DNA of 63,734 bases, the filler included. It is 7 parts of 7 records of this genome, joined end to end, with 100 filler letters (N's around TTAATTAATTAA, not from the genome) between each part and the next. Parts side by side here need not be neighbours in the genome. Positions count along the whole stretch, not along the records: positions 1 to 10,038 come from SRR31156797_18142; positions 10,139 to 15,264 come from SRR31156797_18171; 5 more parts are not named here. One strand, written 5' to 3'. The notes below the pieces were generated by a model. The model ran no database searches and had not been told where the DNA came from. It worked only from the letters and a program-made list of their open reading frames with translations. The stretch's first letter is position 1, and every line of letters begins with the position of its first letter. This document shows positions 1-11,071 of this stretch, piece after piece. The position numbers were made by a program, and so were the translations under genes.

Positions 1-251
1 CCCATGAACATTAAAAAGATCAGCTTTTTCCAGTCAGCCTAATCGATCTTGATCTTATTTCCTCGAATAAGGAGGATCGTGCCCAAAGCTAATATACCAA
101 TCACATATCTGAAAAAAGATATCACAAATGGGTCAAGCTCAAATGCTGCTTGTTTTGAAGCAATATTGGTAAAAGCGATAAGAACAGCCTGATTGATGAT
201 CAGTAAAATGGTAACTAATCGAGAACTGGATATTTTATTTGAATCGTAAAT
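1..251 (-). pseudogene. EamA/DMT family transporter, disrupted (in-frame TAG, no canonical start), 3' truncated by window edge
   Basis: Manual minus-strand translation from 251: IYDSNKISSSRLVTILLIINQAVLIAFTNIASKQAAFELDPFVISFFRYVIGILALGTILLIRGNKIKID*ADWKKLIFLMFMG. Typical EamA pattern (DPF..SFFRY...DWKKL). TAG at 41-39; only ATT at 251-249, 9 nt after a GAAGGG SD-like motif. Confidence 0.65.
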
Positions 252-280
252 TTAATTTAACCCTTCACTGGTCACTGAAT

Positions 281-1729
281 TCATTTCCACCACAACCACT
301 CAATATTCAACCCGGCATAAAAAACATTGCCAACATAGAAATCTGAAGATGTGAAAAACTCCAGAACTCCCGTATGATTAATTGGCACGGAAACCTCTGC
401 GGTTAATGCAAATGATTGGATCCTGGCAGTCAAATCAACATTGACCTTCCAGTCACCAATCAGATCGGCCGGTGCATTCAGGGTGTAAATGAGCTTTGAA
501 GGATCAAAGGAAACCATATCCGGATCATCGTGAAGGATATATTGTGCATTCAGACCACCGTTCAGCTGAAGCTTGCCTTTAACGGGCTCGGACCTGAAAG
601 TTAAGCCACCTGTCAGGATGGATCTTATCGGGTTGTAATAACCCTCTCTGGGGTTGACAGCATCTTGATATTGACCCTTGGCATATAGATCGATGGATTT
701 TGTTTTAAAACGATATTCACCACTTGCTTTAAACACTTCAAAGTCATTATTGATAACACTGTCTGCCACAGCAAGTCTTACTACATCGTAAGTATATGCT
801 ACATTTGCATTGAGATAGTGATGTTGGGAATTCAGTTTTAGACCCGATCTTATTCCATAGTATTGATTTGCCGACTGCTGCAGGTCCAATCTGCTTGAGC
901 GTGTCTTGGCGAATGCGTGGATATAAAATGGTCCCGGTTCAACAGCAAGTTCAAATATCGGGTGAATCGTCGTTTTAGCAATTCTAAGAGAAAAATGACT
1001 TTTTATAATTCCCGAGCCAAAGCGAAGGCCGGGATAGAATAGCCAGGCAGGTCCTTGTCTATCAACATTATGGTAATACCAGTAATGGAATTTACCATAA
1101 GCACTCAGTGATTTTAAAATAGAATAATTTAAGCCGATATGTTCGTGATGAATATCATAAACCCGTGTTTCGGTAGCATCCTTTTGATCTATCTGATTGA
1201 TATTGATCCCGCCATATAATTTAAATTTGTTGCTTAGCATGTAATCAAATTTCAATCCATGCGCCCGGATAAGGTGCTCCGTACTTGAGGATGTTAATTT
1301 TATCTTTTGAGTATTTGATGTATGAAAATACTCGATTTCGCCCTTTTGATGTTGGTAATGCAGAACGGCATCTGTTCTGTAGGTTGAATTCCCCCCTTTA
1401 TAATTCAAAAATCCCAATCCGGCACTCCATCGTTGAGGGTGCGAATACGGTGTATATTTAGCAACAATACGGTTGGACATTCCGAAATTGTAATTATTGC
1501 TTTCATCCGCTGTCAATATCTGTTCCCATCTTCCATATGTAGAAGAAGAATCCTGATAGTCGTGTTCAAAAAGCATGCTGCCCGGTTTTAACCAGGACGT
1601 TGGATAAGAAAGCAAGGCTTCCCGCTTATCAGGGTCAAAGGTCAAATAGTCTCCCCATGAATCAGCATTCAAACCATAAGCGGCCAAAGATGAAATTCCG
1701 AACAAAAGAACAAGCATTAGACGTTTCAT
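281..1729 (-). CDS. Secreted protein, probable outer-membrane beta-barrel
   Basis: N-terminal signal peptide MKRLMLVLLFGISSLAAYG; alternating amphipathic aromatic-rich strands; aromatic C-terminus (AGLNIEWLWWK). Confidence 0.6.
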   Translation of the reverse strand: MKRLMLVLLFGISSLAAYGLNADSWGDYLTFDPDKREALLSYPTSWLKPGSMLFEHDYQDSSSTYGRWEQILTADESNNYNFGMSNRIVAKYTPYSHPQRWSAGLGFLNYKGGNSTYRTDAVLHYQHQKGEIEYFHTSNTQKIKLTSSSTEHLIRAHGLKFDYMLSNKFKLYGGININQIDQKDATETRVYDIHHEHIGLNYSILKSLSAYGKFHYWYYHNVDRQGPAWLFYPGLRFGSGIIKSHFSLRIAKTTIHPIFELAVEPGPFYIHAFAKTRSSRLDLQQSANQYYGIRSGLKLNSQHHYLNANVAYTYDVVRLAVADSVINNDFEVFKASGEYRFKTKSIDLYAKGQYQDAVNPREGYYNPIRSILTGGLTFRSEPVKGKLQLNGGLNAQYILHDDPDMVSFDPSKLIYTLNAPADLIGDWKVNVDLTARIQSFALTAEVSVPINHTGVLEFFTSSDFYVGNVFYAGLNIEWLWWK

Positions 1730-2322
1730 TTGTTTTTCTCCAAATAGTGAGGATAGTGTTTACTTACATATCTTATGACTAGCGTTATAAGCACAGAAAA
1801 GGTGATCGTGTTCGCGATCATATTAATTAAATAAAATGGTACTCCACTAACAATACTTGCTATAGTTTGCTCAAAAGTAAAACCGGAAGGAATAGCATAA
1901 AAGATCGTGGTCATAACATTATAAAAGATCGTAAGCAGAAGGCCTGACAAACCAAAAAGGAATGCGGATAATCCCGGTTTTGACTTGATCATGCCGGGAA
2001 TAAAATGCCTGAATGAGGCTCCAACTAAAGCGAATACGGCAAAAGAGATCAATTGAGCTGCCAGCAGGGTGGGGAAGGCCAGACTTGAACCAAAAGGATT
2101 GGCTATGCTGAAAACAGCTTCACCTATCAGAGCAACGAAAAGGCCGCGTTTCCAACCGAGCATTAGTCCGGATAGAAAAGCGATCGCAGTTATGTATTCC
2201 AGATTAGGCACATATGAAAAAGCATACGCCAAGCCAAGGAACAAGGCCAGGAAGATACCGGTTTCAGCTATTTTACGATTTTTTTGAAGTGTTTTTTTTG
2301 TTCTGTTTTCCTGGTGTTCCAT
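1726..2322 (-). CDS. ECF transporter S-component (CbrT-like, possibly cobalamin)
   Basis: 198 aa, about 5-6 TM helices, YVPNLEYITAIAFLSG and G motifs typical of S-components; 4-nt overlap with the downstream gene. Confidence 0.65.
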   Translation of the reverse strand: MEHQENRTKKTLQKNRKIAETGIFLALFLGLAYAFSYVPNLEYITAIAFLSGLMLGWKRGLFVALIGEAVFSIANPFGSSLAFPTLLAAQLISFAVFALVGASFRHFIPGMIKSKPGLSAFLFGLSGLLLTIFYNVMTTIFYAIPSGFTFEQTIASIVSGVPFYLINMIANTITFSVLITLVIRYVSKHYPHYLEKNK

Positions 2323-3292
2323 CTGTGTCCTTTTGTGGTTTATATAAGGGTACTCTGAAATAATTTTTCATTGAAGTCCAATCGCCGTCATCCAACTCTT
2401 GGCTGATAGCTGTTTTCATCATATCCATTCTTGCATCAAGTTCATCCAAATAGTGAATGAGGAGTGCTTCAGGGAATACGGGCTTTTTGGGTGATTGGTT
2501 TTCATACTGTCCCTGATGTGACAAAAGAATATGTTTTAGTTTAAGAGCAAGTTCTTCTGGAAAACCGGGGATCTTTTCAATAGCTTTGTCAACCATGTTG
2601 TATCCCATGACAACATGTCCCAGAAAATTTCCTTCATCGGTATATAGATTATTCGGATATCCGCTTAATTCATCCAGTTTGCCAATATCATGAAGTAAGA
2701 TACCCGTAATAACAAGATCCTGATCCAGTTTATACTGCTTTGCGGCATGCGTTCCCAGATTCAGCATATAGGTCATATGCTCAAGAAATCCCCCCATGGT
2801 GGCATGATGAAGGCGTAAAGAAGCAGGATGTTTCAGTATTTTATCCCGATTATCTACGATTAGCAACTGCAATAAGGCTAATAAGCTCTGATTATTCACT
2901 TTTGCTATTGATTTTTCGACAAATCTCCACAATTTCTCGGAATTTGACTCGGATTGAGGTAAAATCAGCTCCCAAGAGAAGCCTTTTGAGGCAAAATCTT
3001 CCTCGTTTACCGGAACGATACGTTTGATATTGAGTTGACGGTTATTTCTGTATTCTTCAACAATAGCACGAACACCGACAGGTGCACCGGTCTCGATCAT
3101 AGGCTCGATCTCACCAGCATGTTCCCATATTTTGCCTATGATCGTACCTGAACGATCCGACAAAATTACGTCAAGATAAGGCTTCCCATCTCGTGTTAAA
3201 CGCAGATGCTTTTCCTTTAATAGTAGGTAGGCTCGCACTTCCTCATTGGTTTTAAAGTGCCGGATGGTAGTTAAAGGTATGTTTTTTTTCAT
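2273..3292 (-). CDS. yhaM: 3'-5' exoribonuclease YhaM family (OB fold + HD domain)
   Basis: GKPYL..LSDRSG..KIW OB region; PAS..LHH...GGFLEH, LLHDIGK, LSHQG..E, IHYLDELDA motifs. Confidence 0.85.
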   Translation of the reverse strand: MKKNIPLTTIRHFKTNEEVRAYLLLKEKHLRLTRDGKPYLDVILSDRSGTIIGKIWEHAGEIEPMIETGAPVGVRAIVEEYRNNRQLNIKRIVPVNEEDFASKGFSWELILPQSESNSEKLWRFVEKSIAKVNNQSLLALLQLLIVDNRDKILKHPASLRLHHATMGGFLEHMTYMLNLGTHAAKQYKLDQDLVITGILLHDIGKLDELSGYPNNLYTDEGNFLGHVVMGYNMVDKAIEKIPGFPEELALKLKHILLSHQGQYENQSPKKPVFPEALLIHYLDELDARMDMMKTAISQELDDGDWTSMKNYFRVPLYKPQKDTDGTPGKQNKKNTSKKS

Positions 3293-3403
3293 GTTTGTCC
3301 CCTGTTATGATGTAAAAAGATATAAAAAAAACTTTGTATTTTAAAGAAATGATTATAATTTCATTCAAACTAAGCAAGCGAAAAAAATATCATAGGAAAT
3401 AGT

Positions 3404-6187
3404 ATGAAAAAAACTACTATTGGGCGGCTGGTTTTAATCACCTTGTTTGTGACTTTTGGTGTTTCACTGCTTTTCGCCGGAACCACCGGAAAAATTTCAG
3501 GCACGGTCATTGATCAGTCAACCGGGGAACCGCTTCCGGGATGTAATATCCTGGTGGATGGAACGATCCTGGGCGCTGCGTCCGATCTGGACGGGAATTA
3601 CTATATTTTGAATATTCCTCCCGGAACTTACACATTGCGTTTCATGATGATCGGATACGGACAATTGCGGATGACCGACGTTGACGTTATGGTGGACTTT
3701 ACCACCAACATCGACGCTGAGTTGAGTGTTGAGGTTATGAAAGGCCAGGAAGTGACAGTTGTTGCTGAACGGGCGATGATCCAAAAGGATCTTACATCCA
3801 CAACGGCAGTTGTCGGTGCGAAAGAAATGGAAAACCTTCCTGTTACTGAAGTCGGGGACGTGCTTGCTATGCAGGCCGGTTATGTAGATGGCTCTTTACG
3901 CGGTGGTCGCCGCGGCGAGGTTATGTATATGATCGACGGTGTTCCTATGACCGATTCGTATGACCGTTCTTCAACGGTTGACGTTAATACGTCAATGGTT
4001 CAGGAATTGCAGGTTATCTCAGGAGCATTCAATGCTGAATACGGTCAAGCGATGTCCGGTATTGTCAATATTACCACTAAACAGGGGTCAGATGATTTTG
4101 GCGGACACATAGAAACCTATTTCGGTGATCATATCTCTTCGCATGAAGAGATCTTCCCACGAGTCAATAGGATCGAACCATTTGGTATTCGTAACCTTGA
4201 ATTAGGATTACATGGACCGATCATCCCCGGGAAACTCTATTACTATTTGAATGCCCGTAATATTTACTACGATGGTTATCATAAAGGTCAGAACAGATAT
4301 ACACCAACTGCCTATGGTGAGGAAGTTGGTTTTAATAATGTTCAATTGACTGATTCAACCACAATGCTGGGGGATGGTGAATGGGTTGATATGGGTTGGA
4401 ACCGGAAATACTATTTACAGGGTCAGTTGATCTACCGAATCAGTGATCAAGCGCGCATTTCTTATAATATGATCTATGACAATGTACGATCACAAGGTTA
4501 TGATCGTGGCTGGATGTACAGCCCCGATGGATTAGGTACCAGTGATAATGTCGGTCAAACACATATATTAAAATATCAGCATCAGCTTTCTCAAACCACA
4601 TTTTTTGATCTAGCTTACACGTATGGTAATAAGATGTACAGAGGCTATTATGATCATTTTGAATTGACTGAAGCTGACTCGAATTTACTCGTTCATCCCG
4701 AAATGCAAACAACCTTCCCGTATCAGTTTCATATTGGCGGTACACAGAATAGCTGGAATGAACGTAACAGTGGATATCATCTTGGCAAATTCACAATGAC
4801 CTCTCAATTGAATCAAACACATCAATTGAAGATCGGTGCCGAATTTAAACAAAATATGCTGGCTTGGGAATCGTGGGAATATCGCCCCGCTGCAAATGAA
4901 GAATCATTTAACCCGAATGATCCCTATATTACACCTACCAGACTTGCGGACACAACTGTTTACTCAAGTTCATTTGAAGTTTCTCCGGTTGAATTCTCTG
5001 CATTTATACAGGATAAGATCGAATTAAAGGATTTTATTGTGAACGTAGGTGTTCGCTTGGATTATTTTAATCCCAATTATGTTACTCTGGCTGATCCCAG
5101 CGATCCGGATATCTATAATCCGATCAAACCGGATAACCGCTTCAATGACATTAATGGCAATGGAGTTCAGGATGCGGGTGAAGCCGATAAGAGTATCGAA
5201 GATCGTGCACAATATTGGTATGTAGACGCATCACCTAAACTTGCCATATCACCCCGTGTCGGTTTCTCTTTTCCTATCTCCGAACAGGGTGTTTTTCATT
5301 TTTCATATGGACAATTTTTCCAGACGCCGAACTATACCTATTTATACATGAACCCGAATTTCCAATTGGGTTCGGGAACCGGACATCAGGGAACGATCGG
5401 GAATGCAGATCTTGAACCTGAAAAGACCATTGTCGGTGAGATAGGTTTACAACAGCAGTTAAGTTCAAATTTATCGGCCGATCTTACGATCTATCTAAAA
5501 GATGTACGCGACCTGACCGGTACGCGTGCTGACGTGATCGAAACATTCGGTGGGTCAAAATACTACTCAAAAGTTGTTAACTCGGACTTTGCTGTGATCA
5601 AGGGTGTTACATTTTCATTGAATCAACGTGATCCCAGCGGTTTTTATGCCGGTGCCGATTACACCTTTCAGATCGCTGAAGGTACAGCTTCCGATCCTTA
5701 TGCATACATGAATGCCGTTTCGGGTGGTTCAGATCCTGAAGTGCAGTTACTGTCACTTTCATGGGATCAACGCCACACGGTTAACGTTGTCGGTGGTTAC
5801 AACACACCATTTTGGGGTGTGAATGCCGTAGCATCTTATGGTAGTGGATTGCCGTATACGCCAAGAGCATCTGAAGATATCACATCTCTACTTGAGAACT
5901 CGGAAACCAAGCCACAAACTTTTAATTTGAATCTCCGTGGATTTTATCGTTTCAAATTATTTGGTTTGAATCCTGAGGCATTCATTCGTGTTACAAACGT
6001 TTTGGACATATTGAACGAAACAGGTGTTTATGATGATACGGGACGTGCAGGATTTACCGGTGATCAGGAAAGGATCGAAGCCTTGAATGTAGCTACTCCG
6101 GTCAATACCATTGCAGAGCTATTCAATTCACCATATAACTATTCTGAGCCTCGTCGTATAGAGATCGGATTGAGGATAAATTTATGA
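3404..6187 (+). CDS. TonB-dependent receptor with carboxypeptidase-regulatory-like N-domain
   Basis: Signal peptide; GTTGKISG.V.D..TGEPLPG; plug motifs LRGGR.GEV.YMIDG and GAFNAEYG.AMSGIVNI; barrel motifs GNADLEPEKT and C-terminal PRRIEIGLRINL. Confidence 0.9.
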   Translation: MKKTTIGRLVLITLFVTFGVSLLFAGTTGKISGTVIDQSTGEPLPGCNILVDGTILGAASDLDGNYYILNIPPGTYTLRFMMIGYGQLRMTDVDVMVDFTTNIDAELSVEVMKGQEVTVVAERAMIQKDLTSTTAVVGAKEMENLPVTEVGDVLAMQAGYVDGSLRGGRRGEVMYMIDGVPMTDSYDRSSTVDVNTSMVQELQVISGAFNAEYGQAMSGIVNITTKQGSDDFGGHIETYFGDHISSHEEIFPRVNRIEPFGIRNLELGLHGPIIPGKLYYYLNARNIYYDGYHKGQNRYTPTAYGEEVGFNNVQLTDSTTMLGDGEWVDMGWNRKYYLQGQLIYRISDQARISYNMIYDNVRSQGYDRGWMYSPDGLGTSDNVGQTHILKYQHQLSQTTFFDLAYTYGNKMYRGYYDHFELTEADSNLLVHPEMQTTFPYQFHIGGTQNSWNERNSGYHLGKFTMTSQLNQTHQLKIGAEFKQNMLAWESWEYRPAANEESFNPNDPYITPTRLADTTVYSSSFEVSPVEFSAFIQDKIELKDFIVNVGVRLDYFNPNYVTLADPSDPDIYNPIKPDNRFNDINGNGVQDAGEADKSIEDRAQYWYVDASPKLAISPRVGFSFPISEQGVFHFSYGQFFQTPNYTYLYMNPNFQLGSGTGHQGTIGNADLEPEKTIVGEIGLQQQLSSNLSADLTIYLKDVRDLTGTRADVIETFGGSKYYSKVVNSDFAVIKGVTFSLNQRDPSGFYAGADYTFQIAEGTASDPYAYMNAVSGGSDPEVQLLSLSWDQRHTVNVVGGYNTPFWGVNAVASYGSGLPYTPRASEDITSLLENSETKPQTFNLNLRGFYRFKLFGLNPEAFIRVTNVLDILNETGVYDDTGRAGFTGDQERIEALNVATPVNTIAELFNSPYNYSEPRRIEIGLRINL

Positions 6188-9100
6188 AAACTATGAAAAA
6201 ATTGATACTTGGTATTTTTATCGTTTCCCTGGTCTTCGCGCAAAGTGGCCCGGAATATCGCCGCTCTGCCGTACATAACGCTAACCTGGTACGTACCGTA
6301 TTCGGTAACTGGGGTGTAGTGGGCCAGCCTAGCTCTAAAGGACCTCGCGGTGCCTGGCTTTTCGATACCAATGGTTATGTTGGAGATATTTCTCCCATGG
6401 TTGGAGCAGAGGTTACATATTATGACGAGACCTTAGATTCAAATGTAACCTTCAATTCCGTTGTCGTATGTCCCATTGATCGTCCGCGTACACAAGCCGA
6501 AGAATCAAATGATGGAAAACTTTGGACATTTGAACCGGTCGGTGGCTATATTAATGCCAATCAGACCAGTATTGCCATCAGTACGAACCCGAATTCATGG
6601 CCGACTTCCTGGCCCGATAAATCAGTTGATTCGGATGATCCCGGTTGGAGAGGAGCATGGAACGGTTATTTTGGCAAGAATGTTTTTTCTGCGGATCAGG
6701 AAAGCTTCTATGTCATGGATGATAATAATGACGAAGAATATAATTATCGCTCAAATACAGCCGGACGATGGCTGGGTTTCCCGGGCTATTACTTTAAACC
6801 GGATTCTATGGACCATACCCGAAATGGGCTTGGACTGGAAGTCAGTGTCCGAGGCATGCAATGGCAACAGTTTTTGGCAGCAGACGTAATTTTCTGGCTG
6901 TATGAAGTAACCAATACCAGTACGACAGATTACAGTAAAGTGACCTTTGGTATGGTGTGTGGTACCTATCTTGGTGTGACCGGTACAGATGATTCACATG
7001 GTGAATATGATGATGACTGGTCTTTCTTTGACGTACAGAACGATATTACTTATACCGGAGACTTTGACAACAGTTGTGCCCGAAACCCCAAATGGCAGGG
7101 ACCGGTGGGTGTTGTGGGTTATGCTTTTCTTGAAAGTCCCGGAAACCAATATGACGGAATTGATAACGATGGCGATAATGATGTAGAAGTCAATCCGTCT
7201 TTGGGATTTTCCGCTCCAAAATTTACAGAAGATGATTTTGATACGGTCATCTATGATATAGGTGATCAGGTTGTGGTCATTGATAATGACTATAATCGTT
7301 CACTTGTTACCATCACTACAAATCCTCAGGTCATCAATACGCGCGGTGCATCTATTACGATCATACCGGGTGAAACAAAATTGATCGAGGGAAATACAGT
7401 CGATGAATTTTACAATGTTAACCAGAATGTATATGATGGTGTAGATAACGATCTTGACGGTTTGATCGATGAAAATTACATTTATCATTACCGTCAGATC
7501 CGTATGAAACAAGAAGCGGATAAGTATGATGTTGACCGTGATGGAAATGTCGACGAATTGATAAATGTTATCTTATACGATGAACTCAATCCCGTTTCAT
7601 ACATAGATTTTATTACAGGAGCCGGAGAGGGCGATCCTCTGATCGATGAAAAACGTGATGACGGGATCGATAATGACGGCGATTGGAATATGGAATTTGA
7701 TGATGTCGGAGCTGATGGTAAAGATAATACCAACGACTTTGGTGAAGGTGATGGCCTTCCCACTGCCGGTGAGCCCAATTTTGATGCAACGGATGTAGAT
7801 GAATCAGACCAGATCGGTTTGAGTTCATTCAATTATTTTACTCCATCCAACGAATATCCTATGGATGATGATGATGAACTTTGGGATTGGATGAAGCCCG
7901 GTTATTTCGATCTTCCCACCAATATCCAAAATGGTGAACCTATTGCAGGTGAAGATGGTGACTTTATTTACGGTTCGGGATACTTCCCATTGAGAGCCGG
8001 AGAAACCCAACGTTTCTCACTTGCCTTGGTTTACGGACATGATCTTGACGATCTTTATAAAAATCGCCAGACAGTGCAAAAAATATATGATTCCGATTAT
8101 CGTTTCCCATCTCCTCCCGAAAAACCGGTTCTTACGGTGGTTCCCGGCGATGGACAAGTAACGCTATACTGGGATCGTGGAGCAGAAAGTTCCATTGACC
8201 CTGTAACAAAAGAACAGGATTTTGAAGGTTACAAGATCTACAAAGCTACTGACTCTGATTTCAATGAAGTCTACACCGTTACGAATGCAAATGGTGTTGT
8301 TACCGGATATGATGCTTTGGAGCAATATGATCTTGTAAATGATATTTCCGGTATGTTCGAAGCCAGGTCGGAACTTTTTCAGGAAGCTGACGGCTACACT
8401 GTGAATCTTGGAAGCAATTCAGGCTTGCAACATTCCTATATTGATAACGATGTGGTTAACGGTAAGCAATATTATTACGCTGTGGTGGCATATGACCGTG
8501 GTGATGAAGATAATGATATTTATCCCTCAGAGAACACAAAATTCATTTCAGTTCAACCTGATGGAACCGTTATTACCGACGTTAATACAGCTGTCGTAAG
8601 GCCTCAGCCTGAAGTTGCAGGTTATGACGCACTGAACGAATCTACTACCCTGTATCATGAAGAAGGGCCGGCAACAGGTGAGATCGCGTATAATATTCTT
8701 GATGAATCCATGCTTACCGATCATACTTACAGAGTAAGCTTTATTGACACAAAAATGGATAGTGTTGACAATAACGATAACGATACGCTTGATCTTGAAG
8801 ATGCTTGGGAATATACTCCTATTACAACTACCTATACCGTTATGGATGTAACAGGTTATACGGAGACCCTTGAGATCGATACACAATATACTTTTCTGGA
8901 TAAAGAAAATCTGATCTATGGAAGTATCCTGATGTCAGAAAAAGATTATCCCGATGATTATATTGACATTGAAGAGTTTGTAATAGATACGGTACGCGGC
9001 AGGATCAAATTAGTCGATGGCAGTATCTATGAAAAAGCATATTATACTCTGAATTATCAATACTACCCGGTTTATCAAAGTCCGAACATCAAAGATTCAC

Positions 9101-10038
9101 CCTATGCGGCTGAAACAAAAGATTCCGATATCTTTGATGGTATTGAATTAGTCTTCGATAACGATTGGACCATACAGAAAGACGAAGATGCAACAAGCTG
9201 GAATAATAACGATGGCCGTTCAATGGATTTCTCGATGAAAGCTTTTACTTCATCCTTCGGTGACAAGATCATGTCGGGAATACCTTATCCAGCAAATTAT
9301 GAAATAAGGTTCACTGATTCCACTGTTGTAGGTTACAGTACACCACCGACACTGATCTCAAAGATCTATTCAACCCTACCATCATTCCTGAGACCGAGTC
9401 CGGTCAGTACCAATTTCTATCTGTACAATACTCTGGATTCTGTGGTAGTGCCGTTTATCTTCTCAGGTGGTGTAAAGAACAGTTCGGATATCTACGAGCT
9501 ATCCAATGGCGCCATGCTATCCACTTTCTTTTATCTGCCCGATGATACCGATTCCTCAGAGGCCTATTATTCATGGGTGATCAATTTCAGAGAGCCGGGA
9601 GAAGCAAGCAGATTTGGCAGTGGAGATATCCTTAGCATCGTAACAGAAAAACCATATCGACATGGTGATGTTTTTGAATTTACTACTGAAGCTCCAGTTG
9701 TTGATTCGGTTCTGGCTGAATCTTCACTTGATAATATACAGGTTGTTCCCAATCCCTATATCGTGGCAAATAATATGGAAGCTCCATTGCCACCTGCGGT
9801 GACGACCGGACGAGGGGAGCGAAGGATCGAATTCAGGAAACTGCCGACTGATGCAAAGGTTTATATCTTTACATCTGCCGGTGCACTGGTCAATACCTTG
9901 AATCATGAAGGAAACATTCATAATGGAACCCTTGCCTGGGATCTTAAAACCAATGAAAACCTGGATATTGCATTCGGTGTTTATTTCTATGTAGTAGAAT
10001 CAAGCGCCGGCAAGAAATCCGGAAAGGTTGCGGTGATC
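6184..10038 (+). CDS. Large secreted Asp-rich protein with DxDxDG-type Ca-binding motifs, FN3 domain and C-terminal PNP sorting-like domain (3' end cut by contig end)
   Basis: Signal peptide; DGIDNDGD, DGVDNDLDGLIDE, DVDRDGNVDE; FN3 PGDGQVTLYWD...YYYAVVAYD; C-terminal IQVVPNPY...WDLK...GVYFYVV; ATGA overlap with the TonB receptor. Confidence 0.8.
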
Positions 10039-10138
10039 NNNNNNNNNNNNNNNNNNNNNNNNNNNNNNNNNNNNNNNNNNNNTTAATTAATTAANNNNNN
10101 NNNNNNNNNNNNNNNNNNNNNNNNNNNNNNNNNNNNNN
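10039..10138. other. Artificial contig spacer 1
   Basis: N44 + TTAATTAATTAA (stops in all six frames) + N44; abrupt GC and style change across it. Confidence 0.97.
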
Positions 10139-11071
10139 GTCGGGCAGGGTCGTCCGGAATCCGAAGCGCTCATCCGCCTCGGGGACCTGCAGTCCCGGGG
10201 CGTTGTCCCTGATGATGACCATGCGGTTAGCCGGGCTGTGATAGTTCGTGCCGTCGGGCCGTCTGCCCGATATCCGCCAGTAGTAGGTTCCGGGAAGGGA
10301 GTTGAGGGAGATGGAATCGGACCCGTCTTCTATCTTGAAGTTGGAGAAGTTGTCGAAGTCCTTGTATTCGCCGATCTCAAGCCTGGCCCCGGTGAGGGGA
10401 GTGAGCTGCTGCCAGCCGAAGGTCATGGGGACCGCCGCGGAGGTGGTGACGATCAGGCGGTTGTTGGCCGGGGTCTTCAGCTTTACCGCATCCTGTTCCA
10501 CCTTAAGCTCTTCGGTGATGCTGGCTTTGAAGTTTTCGCCCACATTGGTGGTCTCCCCGCCGAAGGTTACCCCGACAGAGCCCTCGTCTACGGAGAGGTT
10601 TATGCCCTCCTCCCCCGACTTGTCCAGGGTGACGCTGGCGTCCCCCAGGTCGATCACCGTGTCCTCCGACTTGATCTGAAGATTGGACTCGCTTCCGCTT
10701 CCCGCCGCGGAGATGTTACCGCCCAGGAATTCGATGTTCTGAGAGTCCTCTCCCCACTCCAGTACGATATAGGTGTTGGCGGCCAGGGATATCTCCGTAC
10801 CGTCCAGAAGGCGGACTATGGCCTGTGAGTTCTCAATGGTTCTGAGGCTGTCGTAGTTGTAGACGGGGGTGCTGACCTCCAGCTCCCCCCACAGGGCCCT
10901 TCCCGAGAATTTTCTCTGGGCACCGTTTTCCACGAAGGTTATCTCCCCGATAACCTCTCCCCCCTCATGGCTGATCTGGCTGTTCAGGTCCTCATAGAAC
11001 TTCCAGCCGGCCCAGGCGAAAACGGAGACCAGGAGCAGGGTCAGGGTCGCGTCTCTAATCCATGATCTCAT
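10139..11071 (-). CDS. FecR-domain membrane-anchored protein (3' truncated)
   Basis: Single N-terminal TM; RKF..R..W, YNYDSLRT..NSQA.V.L.DGT.I.L..NT.I FecR pattern; GTYYWRI Ig/FN3-like segment. Confidence 0.8.
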
